A stretch of 64,000 nt of DNA, taken from NCBI GenBank assembly GCA_028826165.1, contig JAPDFW010000072.1:310001-374000 (forward strand). Reading direction: 5' to 3'. A model generated the notes under the pieces. The model was given only the letters and a program-made list of their open reading frames with translations. It did no database searches and had not been told where the DNA came from. A program made the position numbers and the translations under genes. This document shows, piece after piece, positions 50,532 to 62,283 of the stretch. Each line of letters starts with the position of its first letter. Positions within the stretch are counted from its first letter, which is position 1. Source of the stretch: Anaeramoeba ignava BMAN. Taxonomy: Eukaryota; Protista; Anaeramoebae.

Positions 50532-51656
50532 TTATTTCTCTTTTCTTTTTTGTGAATCTCTTTTCTTTTTTTGAAATTCTTTCCAAACTTCAGAAAAATG
50601 AATTCCAGTGAAAAAAGAATAAATCACATAAACAAACCAAATGATACTTGATATCCAAAAAGAAATAAAAAATTTGAAAGAAATTGAACCACAAGACAAA
50701 ATATTATAATCATAACCAAGAGAATTTTCAGAACCTAAATATTCAAAAATAAGATATTGGCCAGTTTTGCGAAGAGAAGGAACAACAAATTCAAGTGTTT
50801 CTTTTCCAAAACGAAATTCACAATATTTTTCTGAATTTCCTGAAAAAATAAATCGAGGAAGAATAGAACTTAAAACAACAAATGATGAAACTTTTGAAAC
50901 AGTCTTTTTTTCTTCAAGAGTTGAGTTGTTTCCATCTAAACATGCTCCTATTGTCTTTGATAAAGGTAAATGAGAAAATAATATTCTTGCTTTTGCTTGA
51001 GATTCAAATGACTTGAGAAAATTCAAACTTTCCAAATTCCGATTTGTTTCTTCTTCATCAAGAAAAAGCGAATTTAAAAAAATCAATTCATGATCATCCT
51101 TCGTCATTCTTATATTAAAATCATTGAAGTTACTCTTGAAAATTTCTGTCAAATATTCTTGCATTTCTTTCTCATAATTTTCTTCTAAATGTTCTTCTAA
51201 ATTTTCTTCCAAATTTTGTTTTAATTGATCAGGAAATAATTCATTTTTTCCTGGAATAAAAATTGCTTTTTTTTTATTTAAATCTTCAAAAAATAAATCT
51301 TGGAATCTTTGAAAAGCATTAATTTCTGCATCTTTTATATTGATTTTCTCTTCATTTTTAATCATATTTCCCATAAAAACCACATTGTTTGGTTTGATAT
51401 ATTTTTGGATGTTATTTGCAATTTGTTTGTAAAATAAATTTTCAAATTTGGTCTTTATTTTTTGAATTAAAGTTTCTCTATCTTTTTCAATTGGTTCAAT
51501 TTCTAAATTACTTATTAAAACTAGTCTATTTTGTTGATTATTTTTAAGTAAATTTCTTTGACAAAGAAAAGCATGATTATGAAGACCAAATAAAATTATT
51601 ATCATTAAAAAAGTAATAATTGTTTTTACAAATTGAATTGATTTAAAATTTTTCAT
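50532..51656 (-). CDS. Membrane-anchored metallophosphoesterase-fold protein (Cdc1/Ted1/MPPE1-like) with degenerate active site
   Basis: N- and C-terminal TM helices; motif order LISNLEI, VVFMGNM, FIPGKNE, ILFSHLPL, PRFIFSGNSEKYC, EFVVPS. Confidence 0.65.
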   Translation of the reverse strand: MKNFKSIQFVKTIITFLMIIILFGLHNHAFLCQRNLLKNNQQNRLVLISNLEIEPIEKDRETLIQKIKTKFENLFYKQIANNIQKYIKPNNVVFMGNMIKNEEKINIKDAEINAFQRFQDLFFEDLNKKKAIFIPGKNELFPDQLKQNLEENLEEHLEENYEKEMQEYLTEIFKSNFNDFNIRMTKDDHELIFLNSLFLDEEETNRNLESLNFLKSFESQAKARILFSHLPLSKTIGACLDGNNSTLEEKKTVSKVSSFVVLSSILPRFIFSGNSEKYCEFRFGKETLEFVVPSLRKTGQYLIFEYLGSENSLGYDYNILSCGSISFKFFISFWISSIIWFVYVIYSFFTGIHFSEVWKEFQKKKRDSQKRKEK

Positions 51657-51876
51657 TTTTTAAAAAGAAGAAAAATGAAAAAAGAAAAAAGAAAAAAAAA
51701 TTTTTTTAACCGTTAAATTTAAATTTAATTTTAATTTTAAACAAAAAAATTTTTTCCATTTTTTCTTTCTTTTTGTTTTTCTTTTGTTTTTCTTTTTGTT
51801 TAAATAATAATAATAATAAATTTCAATAGTTGTTCAGTTTAAATTTAGTTAAAAAAAAAATTTTTTTTAAAAAAAA

Positions 51877-53579
51877 ATGATCAATAATAAATTTCCTTTA
51901 GAATCTTATATTATTCTTCCAAATACAAAATCCAATCATAATCTTTCTCATTCAAATACAATTTTAAAATCATCTTTTGATTTTCAAAGTTTTATTCAAA
52001 AAAATTCAAATTCAAATTCAAATTCAAATTCAAAAAAAAATATTCAAAAAAAATTCCACAAAAATTTTCAAAATGATTTTCAAAAAAATAAATTTAAATC
52101 AAATAATTTCAATTTATTTCTCAATAATGAAAACTCTCAAAATCAAAAAAAACAAAAGATCACATCAAAACTTTCAATAATCTCAAAATTTTTAAAATCA
52201 AATATTGAACCAGTTAATCCGTTATCTCCAATTCAAAAAAATAAATCAAAAAAACACAATAATTTTCAATTTACAAAATTAACATCAATTCAAAATGTCA
52301 AAAATTCAAATTCAAATTCAAATTCAAATTCTGAAATAATTTCTAATTATAATGATCGATATTTATCTGATAAACATCTTCAAAATTTGATTATCAAAGA
52401 GAATACAACTTTTATATCAAAATTTAACGATCTTATTGAATCAAAAGAAAAATTAAATTTAAGAAAAAAAGTAGTAAAAGAAATATCAAATGTTTGTTTT
52501 GTATTACATTTAGAGAAGCAAACATTCTTTCTTGCAGTTGAAATTTGTGATAAATTCCTTTCCAAAATAGAAATTTCAATTAAAAATCCAAATAAAAATG
52601 AAAATCAAAATGAAATTGAAAATGAAAATCAAAATCAAAATGAAAATCAAAATCAAATTCAAATTAAAAATCAAAATTATTTAAATGATCCAAAAATCAT
52701 CTCTTTGGCTTCCTCTTTAATTGCTATGAAATTCCAAGAAGAAGAAATGGTTTCTATAAATGATTTTGTTCAATCACAAAAAAATCAAAAAAATCAAAAA
52801 AATCAAAAAAATCAAAAAATTACAAAAGAAAATTTAATTGAAATGGAAAATAAAATTCTAAATACAATTAATTTTCATATTCCTTCTTTTACTTGCAATA
52901 ACTTTTTATTACTTTTCATTCAGCGTTATTGTTGGCTTGGTTCTTCAAATCAAAAAGAGGTTCAAATTGTTAAAGAATTTTCAAACAGATTTTCTACTTT
53001 TAAATTTTGGACTTCAAAATCAAAAAATAATTCCAAAAAATCTTTCCATCATCTCAATAATGATTTATACAAAGATAAAATTTTGGATGATTTTATGAAT
53101 GAAATGATTTCAGATATTAATTTAAATCATTATGAAAAATGTCAACTTGTTGAAAAACAATTTTCCATTTTGAAATTTCCAAATGATTTATATTCAAATA
53201 TTTTAAGATTATTAACATTTGCAATTTTTGATCCAAAAAGTCTTGAATTCAAACCAAGTATTCTAACAGCATCTGCTTTTTCTTTATTTTTTTCTCATTC
53301 ACAAGTTTTAGAATTAACTGGTAAATTAATTTAAAATTTAAAATCCAAAAAATTAAATTTGATTTTATTTTTTTTTTTTTTAATTTATTTTATTTAGGTT
53401 ATTCTCAAAAAGATTTAAAAAAATGTATTGAATGGATTTCTAGAATTTATCAAATTATTCAAAAAAAAAGTGATCGTTTATTTACTTTATCTTTAATTTG
53501 GCAAAATATTGATTTTTCAAATCATCAACAACTTCATATTCATACTCCAATGATTGATGAATTTTATAATAATTTATAA
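51877..53579 (+). CDS. Cyclin (possibly cyclin E-like); exons 51877-53320, 53398-53579
   Basis: Cyclin box LRKKVV..LHLEKQTFFLAVEICDKFL..ASSLIAMKFQE..EMENKILNTINF; SLEFKPSILTASA; LTG|YSQKDLKKCIEWI. Confidence 0.8.
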
Positions 53580-53809
53580 TAAAATTTTAAAAATTTTCAA
53601 TATTTTTAAATTTCATTTTTTTAATGACTTTCGTTCCCCAATTAAATTCAAAAACTCAATTTAATTTGGTTTTTAAAAAGTCAAAGATTCTTTTTTTTTA
53701 AATTAAAAAAAAATTCAAAATTTATTTTTCATTTTTTTTTTCCTTTTTTTTTTATAATTTAATTTATATTAAAATTAAAAAATATTCCAAAATTCTTTTC
53801 TAATTTTAA

Positions 53810-56800
53810 ATGCCTCGTTTTTATGGATGTTATTTATTAACATCTTTAAATGAAAAATATAAAGATCATGCTTATATTGGATTTACAAGAAATCCGTTAA
53901 GAAGAATTAGACAACATAATGGAGAAATTAAAGGAGGTGCAAAAAAAACTTCTTTAAAAAGGCCTTGGGAATTAGTTTGTGTTATTTTTGGTTTTCCTTC
54001 TAGTTGTTTAGCACTTAGATTTGAATGTAAAAATTAAAATGAATTAGAAAATGAATTATAAAATCAATTATAAAATCAATTATAAAATCAATTATAAAAT
54101 CAATTAGAAAATGAATTAGAAAATGAATTAGAAAATCAATTAGAAAATGAATTAGAAAATGAATTAGAAAATCAATTAGAAAATAAAAATGAAAATGAAT
54201 TAGAAAATCAATTAGAAAATTAAAATCAAAATCAATTAGAAAATCAATATTAAAATAAAAATTAAAATCAAAATCAAAATCAAAATCAAAATCAAAATCA
54301 AAATCAAAATCAATTAAAAAATTAAAATCAAAATCAAAATCAAAATCAAAATCAAAATCAAAATCAAAATAAAAATAAAAATAAAAATAAAAATCAAATT
54401 CAAAATTAAAATCAAAATCAAAATCAAAATCAAAATCAAAAATCAATTAGAAAATCAAAATCAAAATCAAAATCAAAATCAAAATCAAAATCAATTAAAA
54501 TTAAAATCAAAACCAAAACCAAAATCAAAATAAAAATCAAAATCAAAATCAAAATCAAAATCAAAATAAAAATAAAATTAAAATCAAAATTAAAACCAAA
54601 ATAAAAATAAAAATAAAATTAAAATCAAAACCAAAATCAAAATCAAAATTAAAATAAAAATTAAAATTAAAATCAAAATTAAAATTAAAATCAAAATCAA
54701 AATCAAAATTAAAATAAAAATCAAAATCAAAATTAAAATCAAAATGAAAATCAAAATCAAAACCAAAATAAAAATAAAAATAAAATTAAAATTAAAAAAT
54801 CAAAATCAAAATCAAAATTAAAATTAAAAAATCAATATAAAAATCAAAATTAAAATCAAAACCAAAACCAAAATCAAAATTAAAATAAAAATTAAAATTA
54901 AAATCAAAATCAAAATAAAAATAAAAATAAAAATCAAAATCAAAACCAAAATCAAAATCAAAATCAAAATAAAAATCAAAATCAAAATCAAAATCAAAAT
55001 AAAAATCAAAATCAAAATAAAAATCAAAATCAAAATCAAAATCAAAATCAAAATCAAAATCAAAATTAAAATTAAAATTAAAATTAAAATTAAAATCAAT
55101 ATTAAAATAAAAATAAAAATTAAAATTAAAATCAAAATCAAAATCAAAATCAAAATTAAAATCAAAATAAAAATTAAAATTAAAATCAAAATCAAAATCA
55201 AAATCAAAATTAAAATCAAAATAAAAATCAAAATAAAAATTAAAATGAATTAGAAAATCAAAATTAAAATCAAAATCAAAAATCAAAATCTAAATCAAAA
55301 TTAAAATCAAAATCAAAATCAAAATCAAAATCAAAATAAAAATTAAAATCAAAATCAAAATCAAAATTAAAATCAAAATCAAAATAAAAATTAAAATTAA
55401 AATCAAAATCAAATTCAAAATAAAAATTAAAATCAAAATCAAAATTAAAATTAAAATCAAAATCAAAATCAAAATAAAAATTAAAATAAAAATCAATATC
55501 AAAATCAAAATCAAAATCAAAATTAAAATCAAAATTAAAATTAAAATCAAAATTAAAATCAAAATCAAAATTAAAATCAAAATCAAAATCAAAATCAAAA
55601 TTAAAATTAAAATTAAAATTAAAAATCAAAATTAAAATCAAAATTAAAATCAAAATCAAAATTAAAATCAAAATCAAAATCAAAATCAATATTAAAATTA
55701 AAATCAAAATCAATATTAAAATTAAAATCAAAATCAAAATTAAAATCAAAATCAAAACCAAAACCAAAACCAAAATCAAAATCAAAATCAAAATTAAAAT
55801 CAAAATCAATTAAAAAATCAAAATCAAAATCAAAATCAAAATCAAAATTAAAATCAAAATTAAAATAAAAATCAAAATCAAAATAAAAATTAAAAAATCA
55901 ATATAAAAATCAAAATTAAAATTAAAAAATCAATATAAAAAATCGAAAAAAGGGACTTGGCAAAACCCATACAAATCTTCAAAATTAAAAGAATTCCAAG
56001 AAAAAGGAATTTCAGGATTTGGAAATATTCACAAAGTAAAAGCAAAAGCAAGAATACTTTTTGAAATTTTAAATTCATCTCCATGGAAAAGATTACCATT
56101 ACACATTCGCTTTTTCTCAGATCAACGAATGGAACTAAGACAAAATTGTCCACAACAACCAGAACACATGAGCCTTGTATTAACAAACACTTACGAATTT
56201 GCAAAGGAAATGAAATTCACAGACGCACTTGATGCGATTGGTGAAAAAAAATCTCAATCAAATTCAAATACAAATTCATCAACAACAGAGAAGAATTTGG
56301 GAAAAAACATTAAGAATAAAGAAAATATAAAAAGCGAAAGTGAATCAAGTGAGGAATCAAGTCAAGAATCAAGTGAAAACGATAATGAATGTGAATTAGG
56401 GAAAAATCAACCGTTTGTTTTATCTCAATTAAGTACTCAATGTTTTGAATGTAGTGAACCAATAAATCCTCAAAATCCTTATGTAGAATGCCCATTTTGC
56501 GCCTCAAAAGTCCATCTTCTTTGTATGGCAAGGATTTTCTTATCAAAATCACCTCAGAAATTATTACCAACTAAAGGAAATTGTCCTTGTTGTGGAAACC
56601 GTTTAATTTGGGGTGATATTGTTCGTGTTTCTCAAAAAGGAAAGCCTGGTTTTGAACCCTTTGTCCCAAAAACTAATTCCCATTCTTCTCGTTCTTTAAC
56701 TTTTTCTGATTCTCTTCCTAATCTTAATCCTCCTCAAATAAACCATCTTGATCAAAATGTAAATTCTAATGATCTTCCTCAAAAGAAAAATAAAACAAGA

Positions 56801-57034
56801 ATTAAACGTCAAAAAAATCAGAAATTGGATTCAAAAAAAGAAAGAAAAAAAACTCATGTTAAAAAATCCAAAAATAAAGAAGAAGAAAATAAAAATAAAA
56901 ATAAAAATAAAGAAGAAGAAAATAAGAATGAAAATAAAAATAAAGAAGAAGAAAATAAGAATGAAAATGAGGAAAATTTTCAAAATTTATCTTTGTTAGA
57001 AAGACTTAATAAATATCAAAAATTTGAAGATTAA
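53810..57034 (+). CDS. SLX1: SLX1 structure-specific endonuclease (GIY-YIG + RING/PHD-like finger); exons 53810-54026, 55953-57034
   Basis: FYGCYLLTS..YIGFTRNPLRRIRQHNGEIKGGAKKT..RPW..GFPS..ALRFE|WTWQNP; CFEC..CPFC..HLLCMA..CPCC..WGDIV. Confidence 0.93.
54030..55945. repeat. (AAAATC/AAAATT)n microsatellite filling the 1.9-kb SLX1 intron
   Basis: Lies between the GT at 54027 and the AG at 55952. Confidence 0.9.
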
Positions 57035-57102
57035 AAATAAAAAAATTTTTTTTTTTTTTTGATTTATTTTTTTTCATTTTTTTTTTAAAAAATTACATAA
57101 TA

Positions 57103-60100
57103 ATGGATTTATGGAAAATAATTGAAAAAAAAGATATTGAATCATTGAAAAAAATTAGTTCTATTGAGTTAAAACAAATGGAAAATGAAAGCAATACTTT
57201 ATTAAATTTTGCATTTGAAAAAAAATTACCTTTTGAAATGATTCAAATTTTATTATCAAAAGGAGTTGATCCAAATCTTCAAGATAATTTACAAAGAACA
57301 TCTCTTCACTCAGCAATTCTAAATCATTCTGGAATGGAAATAATTGATCTTCTTGTTCAAAATGGAGTTGAAATTAATTCGGTTGATAATAAATCAAGAA
57401 CTGCAATAATTTATTCAATCATTTACTCAAAAGAACCAGAAAACAAGGAAATACTTGAATATTTAATTGGAAAAGGAGCAGATATTCACACAAAAACAAA
57501 ATCCAAAAAATCCCTTTTGCATTTTGCCTGCAAACACAGTTCGTTGGAAGTTATCAAATATTTAATTGATAAAGGAGTTGATGCTCATTCAAAAGCAGAT
57601 TACAATAAAACCATTTTGCATTATGCTTGCAAAAGTAATTCATTTGATGTTATTAAATATCTTGTTGAGAAAGGTGTTGATATCCAATCCAAAACAACAG
57701 ATGAACGAAATGCTTTGTATTTTGCTTGCAAAAAAAACACACTTGAAGTGATTAAATATTTGATTGATAAGGGAATTGATATCAATGAAGTATCTACTCA
57801 ATACAAAAATATTCTCTATTCTGCATGCAGGAGAAATAACTTGGAAGTTATCAAGTTTCTTATCGAAAAGGGTGTTGATATCCATTCACAATCAAATATG
57901 AACAAATCCATTTTGCATATCGCTTGTAAAAGAAACAAATTGGAAGTTATCAAATATCTCGTTGAGGTTGGAGTTAATATTCACGGAAAAACAAAAGAAA
58001 ACGAATCAACTCTGCATTTTGCTTGCCAAAAAAACACTTTGGATGTTATAAAGTATCTTATTGATAACGGAATAGATATTCATGAAAAAACCAAAGATGA
58101 TGAAAACATTTTGCATTATGCTTGCCAAAAAAACACTCTGGATGTTATAAAGTATCTTGTTGATAACGGAATAGATATTCACGAAAAAACAAGAGATGAT
58201 GAAGATGTTTTGTATTTTGCTTCCAGAAAAAATAACTTGGATGTTATCAAATATCTCATTGAGAAAGGAGCCATTCTTCATCAAAAAACAAGAAAAAATG
58301 AAAATGTTCTTCATTCTGCTTGCAAGAAAAATTCCTTGGAAGTTATCAAGTTTCTTATTGAGAAGGGAGCTGATATTCATTCCAAAACAAAGTATGAGGA
58401 AATACCTTTATATTTCGCTTGTGCAGAAAACAATCTTGAAGTTATCAAATATCTAATAGAGATTGGAAGTGATATCAACGAAAAAACTGATGATCATGAA
58501 TCATTATTGCATTCTGCTTGCAAAGATAATAATTTTGATGTTATTAAATATCTTATTGAGAAAGGTCTCGATGTGAATTTGAAATCAAAATACAAAGAAA
58601 CACCTTTCCATTATGCTTCCAAAGATAGACCGTTAGCTGTTATCAAGTATATTGTTGAAAAAGGAGGCAATATGAATATCAAATCCAGATTCCACGAAAC
58701 CCCTTTTCATTTGGCTTGTCGAGATAACTCATTTGATGTTATCAAATATCTTGTTGAGAATGGAGCAGATATTCATTCATCATCAGATACCAACGAAAGC
58801 GCTTTGCATCTTGCTTGTAGAAAAAATTCATTGGAAATGGTCAAGTATTTGGTTGAGAAAGGTGTTGATATCCACCAGAAAACCGATGATAATGAAGATG
58901 CTTTATTTTATGCTGCTGAAGAAAACTCACTGGATATGATCAAATATCTTGTTGAGAAAGGATTAGATATTAATGCTAAAAATACTGATGATGAATCAGT
59001 TTTGCATAGGGCTTGTAGTGATAATTCTTTAGAAGTTGTCAGATATTTTGTTGAAAAAGGGGCTGATATTTATTCCAAAAACAAAGATGATGAAACACCT
59101 TTACATGAAGCATGCAGAAAAAACACATTCGATGTTATCAAGTATCTTGTTGAGCAAGGAATAGATGTCAACTCAAAAAATAACGAGGATGAATCAGTTT
59201 TGCATTTTGCTTGTGAATACAGTTCTTTACCCGCTATCAAATATCTTATTGAGAAAGGAGCGGATATTCATTTCAAAAGCCAAAAAAATCAAACATGCTT
59301 ACATTATGCTTGCCAACGTAGCACATTTAATGTGGTCGCATATCTTGTGGAGAAAGGACTTGATATCAATGCAAAAACAGATGAAGATGAAACACCTTTA
59401 TATTTGGCTTGTAAAAGAAACACATTTCAAGTTGTCAAATATCTTGTTGAAAAAGGAGCTCATGTTCATTCTAAAAACAAAGAAGATGAAACACCTTTGC
59501 ATTCTGCTTGTTCGTCCAATTCAATGGAAGTTATCAAATACCTTGTTGAAAAAGGAGCTGATATTCATGCCAAAAATGATGATGATGAAACACCTTTGCA
59601 TTTCGCTTGTGAAAATAACTCATTTGAATCAGTCAAATACTTGATTGAAAAAGGAGCCATTATTGATGTCAAAACAAAAAAGAATGAAACACCTTTACAT
59701 TTAGCGTGCGAATATAATTCCTTACAAATAATTCAATATCTTGTTGAAAATGGAGCATATATCGACATAGAAAACGAAGATAAACAAACACCCTTCCATT
59801 ATGCATGCGAAGAGAACTCACTTGAATCAATTAAATATCTTGTGGAAAACGAAGTCGACATCAAAGCAATAACAAAGGAAAAGGAAACAGCTCTGCATTT
59901 TGCTTGCAAATCAAACTCTTTTGATATTATCAAGTATCTTGTTGAGATAGGATTGAATGTCAATGCAAAAAACAAAGACAAGGAAACTCCTTTGTATTTC
60001 GCTTGCAAAAAAAATTCACTGGATTCAATCAAGTATCTTGTCGAAAAAGGAGCTCATATCAATGCAAAAACCAAAAGTAAAGAGTCTCCTTTGCATATTG

Positions 60101-62169
60101 CTTGTGAAAACAGCACGATTGATTCAATAAAATATCTAGTTGAAAATGGAGCTGAAATTAATGCAAAAACAGATACTAATGAAACACCTTTGCATTATGC
60201 CTCCAGAGATAATGTATTAGAAGTTGTCAAATATCTTATTGAGAAGGGAGCTGATATCAATGCAAAATCTGAAACTGAAGAATCTGCGTTGCATTTAGCA
60301 TGCAATAAAAATTCGTTCGATATCGCACAATATTTTATCAGTCAAGGAACAGATATCAATTCAAAAACAAGTGATAACGAAACACCTTTACATTATGCTT
60401 GCAAAAATGATTCTCTTGAATTTGTGAAGTTTTTTGTTGATAAAGGAGCTGATATCAATGCAAAAACAAGTGATAACGAAACACCTTTACATTATGCTTG
60501 CAAAGATCAAAACTTTCAAATTATCAAATATCTTATTGAAAAAGGAGCAGAAATCAACGAGAAAAGTTCATACCACGGCCAAACAGTACTTCATGTTTCT
60601 GCTAAATTTAATTCACTTCAGTCAATCAAATATTTAATTGAAAACGGTGCTGATATCAATGCAGAAACCGATAGAAACGAAACAGCTTTGCATTTTGCAA
60701 CAAAATTCAACTCGTTAAATGTAGTCAAGTATCTTGTTAAAAAGGGACTTGATGTCAATCACAAATCAGAACATGATCAGGTTCCTCTTCATTTTGCTTC
60801 TGAATTCAACTCTTTGCAAGTGGTTAAGTATCTTGTTGAAAAGGGAGCTGATATCAACGCAGAAACTGATGAAAAGGAAACTCCTCTTCATTTTGCTTGT
60901 GAATTCAACTCATTAAATGTGGTTATGTATCTTGTTGAAAAAGGAGCAGATATCAACGCAAAAACAATCAATGGAGGAACACCCTTATCTTTTTGTTGTG
61001 AATTTGACTCGCTCAGAAAACTCAAATTTATCATGGATCAAGGAGCTGATTTCACAGTTAAAAAAGATGATGACCAAACTCTTTTGCATATTGCTTGTGA
61101 ATCAAGTTCATTGAAAGTCGTCAGATATCTTGTTGAGAAAGGAATTGATGTTAATGCAAAAACAACCGAAAAGGAAACAGCTCTTTCCATTTCAATTCAT
61201 AAGAAAAACTTGAATGTCGCAAAGTTTTTGATGTTGAACGATGCAAACTTTTTTGATTTGAAACAAAAATATATCAAGGAAGATTATGTCAAAGCATTCT
61301 TCAAAATTTATTCCATTAACACAGATTTGAATAAGTTTGTAAACTCAAGAGAATTTTCAGATTTGAAAATCAACAAGGATCGTTCTTCAAAATTCCAAAT
61401 TCATCTTCATAAACCAATTTTATTAGCAAGATTCAATAACGACCAATCAATCATTCAAAAATTCCTTGATATTTGTCAAGAAAAACCATTTGAAATTGCT
61501 CAATTTGCAGTCAATTTTATTTATACAGGATTTCCCAATTTTAATAAATCAAATGAATTTGAAGAAATCATTTCACTTCATAAAAAACAAAAAGAACAAA
61601 AAAAGAAAACAAAGAAAAAATCTGATTCTGATTCTGATTCTGATTCTGATTCTGATTCTGATTCTAATTCTAATTTTGATTTTGATTTTTTTTCTGATAA
61701 AAAATTTACAGAATATTCTAAAAACAAAATTCTTTTCGATGAAATTGATAAAGAAGAGGAAATGAATAAATTATTTGAAGAAATTGGATTAGATTCAAAT
61801 TGGATTGAATCAAAAAAAGGAAGAAAAGGAATATTGAAAGATTTCCATGAATTATATCAACAAGAATCATCAAAAGATTTCACAATAATTTGTTCAAACG
61901 AAAAGGAAATCAAAGTTCACCAATTTATTTTAATGTTGAGAAGTGATTTGTTTAGAGGAATGTTTCTAAATGTTCAAGACTCTTCTAATAAAGTTCATGA
62001 TTATTCAGGAAAATCATTTGAAACAATTCAACAATTAATTTATTTCTTTTATCATGATGAATTTGATAAATCATTAATGAATCAAAAAATTATTGATGAA
62101 CTTTCAGATGCAAAAGATTATTTCCAATTAAATCAAAATTCAATTATTGATTTAATTTTATTCGATTAA
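57103..62169 (+). CDS. Ankyrin-repeat protein (~40 repeats) with C-terminal BTB/POZ-like region
   Basis: 33-aa repeats TPLHYAC..NSLE.IKYLVEKGADINAK; C-terminal SKDFTI..IKVHQFILMLRSDLFRGMF..YFFYHD. Confidence 0.92.
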   Translation: MDLWKIIEKKDIESLKKISSIELKQMENESNTLLNFAFEKKLPFEMIQILLSKGVDPNLQDNLQRTSLHSAILNHSGMEIIDLLVQNGVEINSVDNKSRTAIIYSIIYSKEPENKEILEYLIGKGADIHTKTKSKKSLLHFACKHSSLEVIKYLIDKGVDAHSKADYNKTILHYACKSNSFDVIKYLVEKGVDIQSKTTDERNALYFACKKNTLEVIKYLIDKGIDINEVSTQYKNILYSACRRNNLEVIKFLIEKGVDIHSQSNMNKSILHIACKRNKLEVIKYLVEVGVNIHGKTKENESTLHFACQKNTLDVIKYLIDNGIDIHEKTKDDENILHYACQKNTLDVIKYLVDNGIDIHEKTRDDEDVLYFASRKNNLDVIKYLIEKGAILHQKTRKNENVLHSACKKNSLEVIKFLIEKGADIHSKTKYEEIPLYFACAENNLEVIKYLIEIGSDINEKTDDHESLLHSACKDNNFDVIKYLIEKGLDVNLKSKYKETPFHYASKDRPLAVIKYIVEKGGNMNIKSRFHETPFHLACRDNSFDVIKYLVENGADIHSSSDTNESALHLACRKNSLEMVKYLVEKGVDIHQKTDDNEDALFYAAEENSLDMIKYLVEKGLDINAKNTDDESVLHRACSDNSLEVVRYFVEKGADIYSKNKDDETPLHEACRKNTFDVIKYLVEQGIDVNSKNNEDESVLHFACEYSSLPAIKYLIEKGADIHFKSQKNQTCLHYACQRSTFNVVAYLVEKGLDINAKTDEDETPLYLACKRNTFQVVKYLVEKGAHVHSKNKEDETPLHSACSSNSMEVIKYLVEKGADIHAKNDDDETPLHFACENNSFESVKYLIEKGAIIDVKTKKNETPLHLACEYNSLQIIQYLVENGAYIDIENEDKQTPFHYACEENSLESIKYLVENEVDIKAITKEKETALHFACKSNSFDIIKYLVEIGLNVNAKNKDKETPLYFACKKNSLDSIKYLVEKGAHINAKTKSKESPLHIACENSTIDSIKYLVENGAEINAKTDTNETPLHYASRDNVLEVVKYLIEKGADINAKSETEESALHLACNKNSFDIAQYFISQGTDINSKTSDNETPLHYACKNDSLEFVKFFVDKGADINAKTSDNETPLHYACKDQNFQIIKYLIEKGAEINEKSSYHGQTVLHVSAKFNSLQSIKYLIENGADINAETDRNETALHFATKFNSLNVVKYLVKKGLDVNHKSEHDQVPLHFASEFNSLQVVKYLVEKGADINAETDEKETPLHFACEFNSLNVVMYLVEKGADINAKTINGGTPLSFCCEFDSLRKLKFIMDQGADFTVKKDDDQTLLHIACESSSLKVVRYLVEKGIDVNAKTTEKETALSISIHKKNLNVAKFLMLNDANFFDLKQKYIKEDYVKAFFKIYSINTDLNKFVNSREFSDLKINKDRSSKFQIHLHKPILLARFNNDQSIIQKFLDICQEKPFEIAQFAVNFIYTGFPNFNKSNEFEEIISLHKKQKEQKKKTKKKSDSDSDSDSDSDSDSNSNFDFDFFSDKKFTEYSKNKILFDEIDKEEEMNKLFEEIGLDSNWIESKKGRKGILKDFHELYQQESSKDFTIICSNEKEIKVHQFILMLRSDLFRGMFLNVQDSSNKVHDYSGKSFETIQQLIYFFYHDEFDKSLMNQKIIDELSDAKDYFQLNQNSIIDLILFD

Positions 62170-62283
62170 CCAAAAAAAAATTCAATTCAAATTTTTTAAT
62201 TTTCTCTTTTTTCTTTCTTTTTTTTTATTCAGGAACAACAAAATTTCAAAAACAAAACTTAAATTCATAAATTATTTTTTTTT

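Noticed and set aside
53624-53690. Second SECIS candidate (ATGA-N12-AA)
   Set aside because: The TGA is Watson-Crick paired rather than in a GA quartet, the next GA is too far away, and the upstream cyclin has no in-frame TGA.
53810-54037. Free-standing GIY-YIG homing endonuclease
   Set aside because: It splices in frame to WTWQNP and a zinc finger, so it is ordinary SLX1.
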